64,000 nt of DNA, taken from the NCBI GenBank assembly GCA_003278345.1, contig QCFH01000004.1, positions 10,431 through 74,430 on the forward strand. Reading direction: 5' to 3'. Source of the stretch: Prochlorococcus sp. AG-363-C02 (lineage in GTDB: Bacteria > Cyanobacteriota > Cyanobacteriia > PCC-6307 > Cyanobiaceae). The translations under genes and the position numbers were made by a program. Positions 55,030 through 64,000 of the stretch are shown here, piece by piece. Position 1 is the first letter of the stretch. Each line of letters starts with the position of its first letter. The notes beneath the pieces are model-generated. The model did no database searches. It was not told where the DNA came from and was given only the letters and a program-made list of their open reading frames with translations.

Positions 55030-58000
55030 ATCTATTTCTGAATTCGATCCAAATCATTACCCATTAACTCCAGGAAAACGTCTTATTGAGGCAAGCGCAG
55101 GAACCGGTAAAACTTTTTCATTAGCGCATCTTGTCTTAAGGCTAATTACAGAGACAGAGCACAAGATAAATGAAATACTAGTAATTAGCTTTACAAAAGC
55201 TACAGCTTCAGAAATAAAATCAAAAATAAGTTCTCGATTAATGCTTGCGCTAAAAGGACTAGAAAATTTAGATAATGACTTTATTGATCAAAAAGCTGAT
55301 GAAGTCCTTAAAGAATGGTTAAAGTTAAACTATAAAAGGCCTGAAAGAATAATTAAGTATAAAAGCCTTATATTAAGTTCTTTAGAAAATATAGATAATG
55401 CAGATATTACAACAATTCATGGTTTTTGTAGCAGAAATATAAAAAGAGAAGGCCTAGAAATTGGATGCAATATAAACTCTAGTCTTATTTCTGAGAAAGA
55501 GAACAAAGAGTTAATGGCTGATATCGTTGATGATTACTGGAGGGAGGAAATTCTAAGCCTTGATCCATTAGATTTAAAGGGGCTAAAAGATGCCGGCCTA
55601 TCTAGTAAAGTTATTTTGAATTGTTTGTATAAGATCGATAGTGATCCTAGTATAAATTTCGAAGTAGGTTTACACGATATTAATTTCAATAAAGGAATAT
55701 CAGAGCAATTTGAAAGCTGTTTCTTTAAATATTGGACTCACTTTGTCAACTCATGGTGCAAAGAGGGATATGAATTAGAAGAAGGCCTAAAAAGCAAATG
55801 TATTAAATGGAAAGAAATGGGAATTATTAATACCAAACCATTTTCCAGTAAACCTAGACGAAATCGCTTTGATGAGACAAACGAATGGCTTAATCAATTC
55901 ATAAAGGATAAAACAAATAAAGAGAAAGATTCTAAGAGAGTTGTTTTTTATGGCGACATACGAAGTCATCATTTATTAAGAGATTATTTTCATCCAATAA
56001 AAATCTGTGATGTTGAACGTCGTAATAATATAGATATTTCACCATTAATTAAACCAAAGCTACAAAATGACATCGCAAATATTTGGGATATGCCTGCACA
56101 AATTGTATGGCAACACGCACTCAGCTATTGTTTGGGAAAATTAAAAACCATAAAGAGTGAAATTGGTGTTGAAAGTTTTAGCGACCAGATTGCAGCCTTA
56201 GATCCTAATTCAAATGAACTAGATGAAAACAAAAGAAATCTCCTATTACAAAAATTACGCCAACGATACAAAGTTATATTAGTCGATGAATTTCAAGATA
56301 CGGATCCCATTCAATGGCGAATAATAAATCAGACTTTTGGCCATAGTGAAAATCATTTACTACTTATGGTAGGTGATCCAAAACAATCAATATATAAATT
56401 TAGAGGTGGTGACTTGGAAACATATTTAAAGGCTAAAATGTCTGTAAGCAGAACAGATTCGTTGTTAACTAACTATAGGGCTTCACCAGAACTCTTAGAA
56501 GGATTAAATGCTTTAATGCGAAATGGACTTGTGCAATCAAAATTAAAGGTTCCTCGTTTAAACTCATCAAGAGAAAAGGCTCTTTACACAACAAAGGCTT
56601 CAGCGCCAATAGATATAATTAATCTTCAAATTAAATCTTCTATAGATAAAACATCTAACGAATCACTACCTTCTAAGATAGAAATAGATTCGTATATTCC
56701 ATTAGTAGTTAATAATTATATTTTTGACTTAATGGATAATCATGCAGAAAACATTAGCTTAGATGATATTTGCATACTAGTTAGTAGTCATGATCAAGCA
56801 GAACAAATTAGAAGACGTCTTGCCAATTCAAATTTACCAAGTAAATTAGTTAACCAACAAGATATACTTAATAGTAAGGCCGCGAGTTATATACAAATTT
56901 TCTTAAATTGCCTTGCATATCCAAAAGAATGCAACAACATAAAACTTCTTGCCTGCTCCCCCTTACTCCAATGGAACATAGAAAAATTTACAAATTCAAC
57001 TCATAATGATGAGCTTGATAAGCTTGTAGTTAAATGTATAAGTTTGTCTGAAAGACTACAAGAGATAGGATTAATAGGATGCTTATTTGAAGTTTTAGAA
57101 AGTAGAAATATGGCAAATATTTCTTTGCAAGGAGGATTACTTGGAGACCTAAAACAATGTGCCGAAATAGTTGAAGAAGCAATCCATAATCAAGGAATGG
57201 ATGCAAAGAAAGCTTCTAGATGGTTATATCAACAGCGGCTAGATCAAAATGACATTATTTCTGAGAATCGTAGATCTAATAGTGACACTGAAGATCAAGC
57301 TATACATATAGTGACTATCCATAGAAGCAAAGGACTTGAATATAAAATAGTTATATGTCCATATCTTTGGCAATCTCCACCGCTCCCCAAAGGGCCATTA
57401 TGGAAAAAAGAATTGTCAAAGCGTTGGTTTATATCACTTACCACTGGATGGGGTGAAAATAATTCAATTTTAAAAGAATCAATACAACAATCAATAGAAG
57501 AGGCAGAAAGGCTTGCTTATGTTGCCTTAACAAGGGCACGAGATAAATTAGTTATTATATGGTCTTTAACTAATAATCAAGAAAACAACCCACTGAGATA
57601 TATATTATTTAATTCTAATCAAAAAGAATATAATCTTCAAGAACTAAATGAACGAAAAATGCGCGATTGGACAACCTTATATAATTCAAATATTAATATA
57701 ATAAATATGAACGAATTCAAAGCTGAAAGATTTTGGAAGAATAAGTCTAAAAAATCATTATTACATACTGGACCAATACCAGAAAGAAAATTAGATGAAG
57801 ATTGGGGAAGACATAGTTATTCATCATGGATAACTAAACAAAAATTAAAAAAAGGAATAAATGAAAGTCTTAATGATGAAGAAATAAAGGATGAAGTTGA
57901 ATTAATAGATAATACAACTGAAGGAATAAATAACCAATTTTACAAATTAGAAGTAAAATCAAATCTTTATTCCCAAAGTCCACTTGCTAATTTTCCTCGA

Positions 58001-58807
58001 GGTTCTAAAGCAGGGAGTTGTCTCCATAGAATTTTAGAACAAATAGATTTTCAGTTGCCTGTTAATTCAAAAACTACTGATTTAATAATTTCGAAAGAAC
58101 TTGATCAAATTGGGCTTGATTTACAATTTAAAGATAATATAAAAGAATCACTTTATAGGATACTTAATATCCCATTAGGATTACACTTAAGCAACACTAA
58201 ATTCAGTAAGTTAGGTAAAAATAGATGCATTAAGGAATTAAAATTCGATCTTTCTATTTCAGATAGAGGCAAGTCCTTAAATACAAGAGAAATACGAAAT
58301 GCATTTACAAAAGCAGGAGTAATTATATTTGGTAATCAGTACAATGATTCCTTAAAAGATCTTGATATATCAAGCAAGGGATTTCTTACAGGGTCCATTG
58401 ATCTTGTTTTTACTGACAATGAAGACCCTAATAATGCTCGTTGGTGGATAGCTGATTGGAAGAGTAACTGGATTGGTAAAGATACTAATGATATTAATGC
58501 ATCATGTTGTGGTCCAGATTTCTATACTGAAGATGCTATGAAAGCGCAAATGATAAGCCATCATTATCCATTGCAGGCATACTTATATCTCTTGGCATTA
58601 CATAGATTTCTTAAATGGAGAATAAAAGATTATAAGCCTGAAAAACATCTAGGAGGTTATATATACGTATTTCTAAGAGGCTTACCTAATCCAGAAGAAA
58701 TTTTAGAAGTATCAAAATTTCAACATCCAGGTCTTTTTATTGAGAACAATCCAATAGCTATAGTACTTGAACTTGACAAATTAATTAATAGGAGTAATAC
58801 AAACTAA
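55022..58807 (+). CDS. recB: Exodeoxyribonuclease V beta subunit (helicase-nuclease)
   Basis: EASAGTGKT, DEFQDT, VGDPKQSIYKFRG, TIHRSKGLE, YVALTRA; nuclease GSIDLV..IADWKS. Confidence 0.95.
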   Translation: MTKSISEFDPNHYPLTPGKRLIEASAGTGKTFSLAHLVLRLITETEHKINEILVISFTKATASEIKSKISSRLMLALKGLENLDNDFIDQKADEVLKEWLKLNYKRPERIIKYKSLILSSLENIDNADITTIHGFCSRNIKREGLEIGCNINSSLISEKENKELMADIVDDYWREEILSLDPLDLKGLKDAGLSSKVILNCLYKIDSDPSINFEVGLHDINFNKGISEQFESCFFKYWTHFVNSWCKEGYELEEGLKSKCIKWKEMGIINTKPFSSKPRRNRFDETNEWLNQFIKDKTNKEKDSKRVVFYGDIRSHHLLRDYFHPIKICDVERRNNIDISPLIKPKLQNDIANIWDMPAQIVWQHALSYCLGKLKTIKSEIGVESFSDQIAALDPNSNELDENKRNLLLQKLRQRYKVILVDEFQDTDPIQWRIINQTFGHSENHLLLMVGDPKQSIYKFRGGDLETYLKAKMSVSRTDSLLTNYRASPELLEGLNALMRNGLVQSKLKVPRLNSSREKALYTTKASAPIDIINLQIKSSIDKTSNESLPSKIEIDSYIPLVVNNYIFDLMDNHAENISLDDICILVSSHDQAEQIRRRLANSNLPSKLVNQQDILNSKAASYIQIFLNCLAYPKECNNIKLLACSPLLQWNIEKFTNSTHNDELDKLVVKCISLSERLQEIGLIGCLFEVLESRNMANISLQGGLLGDLKQCAEIVEEAIHNQGMDAKKASRWLYQQRLDQNDIISENRRSNSDTEDQAIHIVTIHRSKGLEYKIVICPYLWQSPPLPKGPLWKKELSKRWFISLTTGWGENNSILKESIQQSIEEAERLAYVALTRARDKLVIIWSLTNNQENNPLRYILFNSNQKEYNLQELNERKMRDWTTLYNSNINIINMNEFKAERFWKNKSKKSLLHTGPIPERKLDEDWGRHSYSSWITKQKLKKGINESLNDEEIKDEVELIDNTTEGINNQFYKLEVKSNLYSQSPLANFPRGSKAGSCLHRILEQIDFQLPVNSKTTDLIISKELDQIGLDLQFKDNIKESLYRILNIPLGLHLSNTKFSKLGKNRCIKELKFDLSISDRGKSLNTREIRNAFTKAGVIIFGNQYNDSLKDLDISSKGFLTGSIDLVFTDNEDPNNARWWIADWKSNWIGKDTNDINASCCGPDFYTEDAMKAQMISHHYPLQAYLYLLALHRFLKWRIKDYKPEKHLGGYIYVFLRGLPNPEEILEVSKFQHPGLFIENNPIAIVLELDKLINRSNTN

Positions 58808-60511
58808 ATGAAACATGAAGAATATAATAAAAGATTAATCAAAAAATTAATCGAAACCTTAAAGAAAAGGATTCCACCTGAAAAAGAATCTAACTACTTA
58901 GATGATATAGTTAATTTACTAATGGATTCATTATCAAAAGGCGAAGTATATTTTGATATAAATAAATCATACCCTCACATTGAACTGAAAGAAGATGGCT
59001 GGCCAAAATTACATCTAAAAGAATTAAAAGAAAGTGGATGGATAGATAAAGAGCAATCTCCAATAGTTATTCATAACAATCAAATAAGTTGGCGGCGCTG
59101 GTTTGAGGAAATGCAGAACTTGATAAATCAATTATCAGAGAAATCTTTACTTAAGCCAAAGTATAATCTTAATAGTAAAGTTGAAAATATTGATACTATT
59201 TTATTGAAATTAAACTCACAGCAAAAATTAGCAGTTGATGCTGTAGTTAATAATAACTTAATTCTTTTAAGTGGAGGCCCCGGAACAGGGAAAACAACTA
59301 CAATTGTAAGTATGTTAGTCAAAGCAGTTTCAATTAAAAAAAATATTAATATTGGTCTTTGTGCACCTACCGGAAAAGCATCTAGAAGATTAGAAGAAAC
59401 TCTAAAAAAATCATTATCACACTTAAAAAGCAAATACAAGCAAAAATTAGCTGATATACCTTGCTTAACAATTCATAGCTGGTTACAAGCATCTGATGAA
59501 GGTTTTATTAAAAGCCAAGACAATCAATTACAACTAGATCTTTTGGTAGTAGATGAAATGTCAATGGTCGACTTCTCATTAATGCAGGGTTTGCTTAATG
59601 CTCTAAATCCAGAAAGTCAATTGATTTTAGTAGGAGATACTAATCAATTGCCTCCAATAGGCATTGGTTCAATTTGGCATGAACTACATAAATCTAATCA
59701 TCGTCTAAAATTTAAACACTGTTCAATACATCTTAATCAAATTTATCGAAGTAAAGGAGAGCTTATCTACTTATCAGAACTTATCAGGTCAAAAAAATTG
59801 AATGAGTTCTTTGATGAAGTCCAAAATCATCATGCTTCTGAAAATATAAACATATTTTTTTCAAATAAGGAGCTAATACCCGAACAAATAATTGAAACAA
59901 TTCATATACAGCAAAATAAATTAAAGCATTTAATTATGACTCTAAAAACATTTGTAAACCCAGAACTAATCTTATTAGATAATTCAGATGCAAAGAATGC
60001 TGCTGAAGATATTTTGACTTGTTTAGAATCATTAATTGTACTTTGCCCTAGGAAATATGGATATTGGAGTGTAGAACATATCAATAAAACATTTTTAGGA
60101 AAGAATTTTGAAGAAGGCTTATCAAAATGGCCTGAGGGCACTCCTGTGATATGTACAAGAAACCAATCCAATATTAAACTTGCTAATGGAGATATAGGAG
60201 TAATCATTGAAGGTATAAATTCAAAATACCTATTATTTAGAGTAAATTCACCAGGAGAAAGCGGAAATTGTCAGCTAATTAATCCGGCTAGAATCAAGTT
60301 AATTGAAGCCGCCTTTGCAATTACAATTCACAAAGCACAAGGTAGCGAATCTGAGCACGTAATTTGTTTTTGGCCTGATCATATTGCCAATCAAAATCCA
60401 ACAACAGAAGAATTGGAATACGAAGATGATGAATATAAAAAAAAATTATTATATACTGCTATCACTAGAACGAAAATTAAATTAGATTTAGCAGTTGCTG
60501 AGAAAAATTAA
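58808..60511 (+). CDS. recD: Exodeoxyribonuclease V alpha subunit (5'-3' helicase)
   Basis: GGPGTGKT, APTGKA, VDEMSM, TIHKAQGSE and LYTAITR motifs. Confidence 0.93.
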   Translation: MKHEEYNKRLIKKLIETLKKRIPPEKESNYLDDIVNLLMDSLSKGEVYFDINKSYPHIELKEDGWPKLHLKELKESGWIDKEQSPIVIHNNQISWRRWFEEMQNLINQLSEKSLLKPKYNLNSKVENIDTILLKLNSQQKLAVDAVVNNNLILLSGGPGTGKTTTIVSMLVKAVSIKKNINIGLCAPTGKASRRLEETLKKSLSHLKSKYKQKLADIPCLTIHSWLQASDEGFIKSQDNQLQLDLLVVDEMSMVDFSLMQGLLNALNPESQLILVGDTNQLPPIGIGSIWHELHKSNHRLKFKHCSIHLNQIYRSKGELIYLSELIRSKKLNEFFDEVQNHHASENINIFFSNKELIPEQIIETIHIQQNKLKHLIMTLKTFVNPELILLDNSDAKNAAEDILTCLESLIVLCPRKYGYWSVEHINKTFLGKNFEEGLSKWPEGTPVICTRNQSNIKLANGDIGVIIEGINSKYLLFRVNSPGESGNCQLINPARIKLIEAAFAITIHKAQGSESEHVICFWPDHIANQNPTTEELEYEDDEYKKKLLYTAITRTKIKLDLAVAEKN

Positions 60512-60553
60512 ATAATAGAAAATAACATTTAGAAACTTATTTGACACACAAAA

Positions 60554-60662
60554 TGATAGATTAAAAGAACCTTTAAAAAGGCGAGTCAACAAAGAGCGGT
60601 TATTGCCGATTGGAGAGTTGTCTGCCTGATTTTTAAAGGCTATCAGGCAAACAATCTCTTAA
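60554..60662 (+). promoter_or_regulatory. Extended -10 (TGaTAGATT) and structured 5' leader of the DEAD-box helicase gene
   Basis: TAGATT at 60557-60562; 17-bp interrupted hairpin at 60612-60659; competing helix 60570-60590/60617-60639. Confidence 0.6.
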
Positions 60663-62471
60663 ATGACAAAAACCAAAACAAATGAGGATATTAGTTCCTC
60701 TATTTCTTTAGAAGGTTCAACTCAACTTGATTCTGAAAAAACAACTCCTATAGATTTCATAGACAAAGAAACCCCATCTTCTAAGAAAATAGATGATGAA
60801 AGTCTTAAAAAGGGTTTTAATTCTTTTGGATTTAGCAAAGATCTAATACATACACTTGAGAAGAAAGGATACGAAGAACCTACTCCAATACAAAAAGCAG
60901 CTATTCCAGAGTTACTTCTGGGAAGAGACCTTCTAGGACAAGCGCAAACTGGTACAGGAAAAACAGCAGCCTTTGCATTACCTTTGCTAGAAAGAATAAA
61001 TAATGAAGAACATAATCCACAGGTCCTAGTCTTAACGCCCACTCGTGAACTTGCCATGCAAGTAGCTGAGTCATTTAAGGCTTACGCAGTAGGACATCCA
61101 AATATAAAGATACTTGCTTTATACGGTGGTTCAGATTTTCGATCACAGGTTTACTCACTAAAAAGAGGCGTAGAAATAGTAGTAGGGACGCCAGGCAGAG
61201 TAATGGACCATATAAGGCAAGGAACATTAATTCACGAGGGTCTTCAATGCTTAGTTCTAGATGAAGCAGATGAAATGCTGAGGATGGGTTTCATAGATGA
61301 TATTGAATGGATTCTTGAACAGATACCAAATGAACGGCAAATGGTATTTTTTTCAGCAACAATGCCTTCAGAGATAAGACATCTTTCCAAAAGATTCCTT
61401 AAAGATCCTGCAGAAATTACTATTAAGTCTCACAAAAAAGAAGCCAAGTTAATCAAACAAAAATACATAATAATCCAAAATAGCTATAAGCTAGAAGTGC
61501 TAAAAAGAGTTCTTGAGTTATCTAGTGGAGAAGGAGTCATAATTTTCGCAAGAACTAAAGCAATAACTTTAAAGCTTGCAGAAACCCTTGAAGCATCTAA
61601 GCACAATGTAGCCGTCCTCAATGGAGATGTACCACAAAATTTGAGAGAAAGGACAGTCGAAAGGCTACGACAAGGTGGCATTGATATTTTAGTAGCAACT
61701 GATGTAGCCGCAAGAGGATTAGATGTCGAACGTATAGGCCTTGTAGTTAATTACGACATGCCATTCGACTCAGAAGCATATGTCCACCGAATAGGGAGAA
61801 CAGGAAGAGCAGGTCGCACAGGTGATGCAATTTTATTTATAAGCCCAAGAGAAAGATCATATCTCCGCCACCTAGAGAGAGCAGTAGGTCAAAGTATAGA
61901 AAAGATGGAAATCCCAAGTAATCAATCTATCAATGAGCACCGTATTGCAAAAATAAAAAAAGATCTCTTAGAAAAAGCCTCTATTAGTAAGGAGAATAAA
62001 GATGAATCTGATTTGCTTCAAATTATAATTAACGAAGTAGAGGAGGAACTAGAACTAAACCCTAAAGAGCTTGCTTTGGCAGCATTAAATCTTGCTATTG
62101 GTCAAAGTACTTTATTAATGAAAACTGATGAAAGTTGGATAAATCAAGCAGAACGATACAACAAAAGTGGAGAGCGTCGAGATAGTAGGGGACGCAACCG
62201 TCGAAAAAACCCTATGGACATAGGCTCGAATGATAAAGATAAGGAAAGATTTAGAGTAGATGTAGGCCATAGAGACAGAGTAAAACCAGGGAATATAGTT
62301 GGTGCGATTGCTAATGAATCAGGGTTAAATGGACGTATGATAGGTAGAATTCAAATATTTGAAGATTACAGCCTCGTTGATCTCCCGAAAGGTATGCCAA
62401 CAAATATTTTCAAGAGCCTTAAAAAAGTAAAAGTAATGAATAAAGAACTAAATATTAATCGATTTAGTTAA
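60663..62471 (+). CDS. deaD: DEAD-box RNA helicase, DeaD/CsdA type with C-terminal DbpA RNA-binding domain
   Basis: Q motif, AQTGTGKT, PTRELA, DEAD, SAT, ARGLD, HRIGRTGRAG; C-terminal VGHRDRVKPGNIVGAIANE. Confidence 0.95.
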   Translation: MTKTKTNEDISSSISLEGSTQLDSEKTTPIDFIDKETPSSKKIDDESLKKGFNSFGFSKDLIHTLEKKGYEEPTPIQKAAIPELLLGRDLLGQAQTGTGKTAAFALPLLERINNEEHNPQVLVLTPTRELAMQVAESFKAYAVGHPNIKILALYGGSDFRSQVYSLKRGVEIVVGTPGRVMDHIRQGTLIHEGLQCLVLDEADEMLRMGFIDDIEWILEQIPNERQMVFFSATMPSEIRHLSKRFLKDPAEITIKSHKKEAKLIKQKYIIIQNSYKLEVLKRVLELSSGEGVIIFARTKAITLKLAETLEASKHNVAVLNGDVPQNLRERTVERLRQGGIDILVATDVAARGLDVERIGLVVNYDMPFDSEAYVHRIGRTGRAGRTGDAILFISPRERSYLRHLERAVGQSIEKMEIPSNQSINEHRIAKIKKDLLEKASISKENKDESDLLQIIINEVEEELELNPKELALAALNLAIGQSTLLMKTDESWINQAERYNKSGERRDSRGRNRRKNPMDIGSNDKDKERFRVDVGHRDRVKPGNIVGAIANESGLNGRMIGRIQIFEDYSLVDLPKGMPTNIFKSLKKVKVMNKELNINRFS

Positions 62472-62485
62472 AAATTCACAATCAA

Positions 62486-62782
62486 ATGAAATCAGCAATT
62501 AAAATAATATCTTCAATTCAAATAATAATAATAATAGTGATAATAGATTCATCTATTCCTAAAAAATATCATAGTGCAGATTTAAATGAACTTATAAAGG
62601 CTATTTGTATAGAGAGTTTCAAAAAAGAACTTATTAATAATAAAGAAGATATAGATATAGATCTAGGTAATAAGGTATGTGAATGCTTTGTAGACAGAAT
62701 AAACAATAATGAAACCATAGAATCAGCCCGTGAAAAATGCAAGGATGATATCATAAGAGAGATTAATTATAAAACAATATAG
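62486..62782 (+). CDS. Small Cys-containing exported hypothetical protein
   Basis: Hydrophobic N-terminus; C..F..., CEC and terminal C (4 Cys). Confidence 0.7.
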   Translation: MKSAIKIISSIQIIIIIVIIDSSIPKKYHSADLNELIKAICIESFKKELINNKEDIDIDLGNKVCECFVDRINNNETIESAREKCKDDIIREINYKTI

Positions 62783-62790
62783 AAATTATA

Positions 62791-64000
62791 ATGATAAATA
62801 TTTTAAGAAATAATTCTTTTATTAATTTAAATAATAATCCATTGATTAGGCTGCTGAAGAATCAATCCAAGCAAAATAATTTAATCATTCTAGCAGTAGC
62901 AAGCTCAATACTAAATAAACTATTTGACCTTGCTCCCCCTGTTCTCATAGGATTATCTATAGATGTTGTTATCAGAGAAAAGTCATCATATTTATCAACC
63001 TATGGATTCAAATCTGTACCAAGTCAACTTTTCGTACTTGCAATTACTTCTTTTATTATATGGACAGCTGAATCATTCTTTGAATACTTATATGCTGTAT
63101 TATGGCGAAATTTGGCTCAAAGTACTCAGCATAATTTAAGGATACAGGCATATAAGCATTTACAAAAATTAGAAATGTCTTTTTTTGAAAATGATAATTC
63201 AGGAAGGCTTTTAGCAATACTAAATGATGACATTAATCAACTAGAAAGATTTTTAGACCATGGAGCAAATCAACTAATACAATTAATTATAACAGTATTA
63301 TTAGTTGGTGGTGCAATGGCTTCACTTGCACCAGAAGTGGCAATTTATGCGTTTATACCAATTCCTATAATATTATTAGGTTCAATTAATTTCCAAAAGA
63401 AATTAGCACCTAAATATAAAGATGTAAGAGATAAAGCAGGAGACTTAGCTGGGAGATTAAGCAATAACTTGGGAGGAATGCTAACGATTAAAAGCTTTGC
63501 AACTGAATCATGGGAACTTAATCGTCTTAGTTTAGATAGTTACACATATCAGAAAAGCAATAGAGAAGCGATAAAGCTATCTGCTGCTTTTATACCATTA
63601 ATTAGATTCGCAATTCTATTTGCATTTCTTGCTATTCTTATTATAGGTGGGCTTAAAGCTTGGAGTGGGAATCTAGAAATAGGTGTCTATAGTTTTCTTG
63701 TATTTATTACTCAAAGGTTACTTTGGCCTCTAACCACTTTAGGTCATGTTCTTGATGAGTATCAACGCTCAATGGCATCTACAAATAGAGTATTAGATCT
63801 GATCGATAGACCAATAAAAATTTCAAGTGGATCATTACGGCTAAAACCAGGCCAGGTAAAAGGAAAAATAACATTTAAAAATGTATGTTTTCAATATGAT
63901 GATCGAATTAAACTATTAGATAATTTTAATCTAAACATATTAGCGGGGAGTACTATAGGAATTGTTGGACCAACTGGTTCAGGTAAAAGTAGTCTGGTTA
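62791..64000 (+). CDS. ABC transporter fused permease/ATP-binding protein (MsbA/multidrug type), 3'-truncated by the window edge
   Basis: Manual translation: MINILRNN...LNKLFDLAPPVLIG...LNDDINQLERFLD...TQRLLWPL...GIVGPTGSGKSSLV (Walker A). Confidence 0.92.
   Translation, partial: MINILRNNSFINLNNNPLIRLLKNQSKQNNLIILAVASSILNKLFDLAPPVLIGLSIDVVIREKSSYLSTYGFKSVPSQLFVLAITSFIIWTAESFFEYLYAVLWRNLAQSTQHNLRIQAYKHLQKLEMSFFENDNSGRLLAILNDDINQLERFLDHGANQLIQLIITVLLVGGAMASLAPEVAIYAFIPIPIILLGSINFQKKLAPKYKDVRDKAGDLAGRLSNNLGGMLTIKSFATESWELNRLSLDSYTYQKSNREAIKLSAAFIPLIRFAILFAFLAILIIGGLKAWSGNLEIGVYSFLVFITQRLLWPLTTLGHVLDEYQRSMASTNRVLDLIDRPIKISSGSLRLKPGQVKGKITFKNVCFQYDDRIKLLDNFNLNILAGSTIGIVGPTGSGKSSLV

Noticed and set aside
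60541-60546. Perfect TTGACA -35 box upstream of deaD
   Set aside because: Only 10 bp from the best -10 element; spacing is incompatible with a canonical sigma70 promoter.
62521-62546. (ATA)n run encoding poly-Ile
   Set aside because: Short, in-frame, and encodes a signal-peptide core; not evidence of phase variation.
323-62754. Numerous 60-125 aa ORFs antisense or out-of-frame within known genes (e.g. 4091-4435, 42043-42417, 53016-53372, 60722-61057)
   Set aside because: Shadow ORFs fully overlapping well-supported genes; no motifs and atypical composition.
1-64000. CRISPR arrays, tRNA/rRNA genes, transposases, integrases, prophage or defence systems
   Set aside because: None seen; all long ORFs are housekeeping or conserved hypothetical genes, and intergenic spaces are under ~250 bp with no repeat-spacer pattern.

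Overview
AT-rich, very gene-dense core-chromosome segment of a marine picocyanobacterium. It is almost certainly Prochlorococcus and probably a low-light lineage. That assignment is inferred from gene content (petE, ndhD, ycf51, glgA/glgB, menB/menD, ubiD, tamB, gammaproteobacterial-type thrS, recCBD, CsdA-like helicase). The window holds about 50 CDSs, partial at both ends (sds on the left, an ABC transporter on the right). They cover cell wall, quinone, amino-acid, glycogen, tetrapyrrole, Mn-transport, chaperone and DNA-repair functions. I saw no rRNA, tRNA, CRISPR array, prophage or IS element. The most notable non-coding signal is the ~95-nt leader of the DEAD-box helicase gene, which can fold into two mutually exclusive long helices, one reaching the start codon (candidate RNA switch). 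Other items worth checking: ycf54 is absent from its usual place after pdxJ; a 45-codon ORF is coupled to recB; K-box-like motifs lie before clpB; an NtcA-like palindrome lies before ndhD; nested inverted repeats lie before hemE; the OmpR regulator lacks the phospho-acceptor Asp; and an RGG/RHH-like protein heads the trpS-thrS operon.
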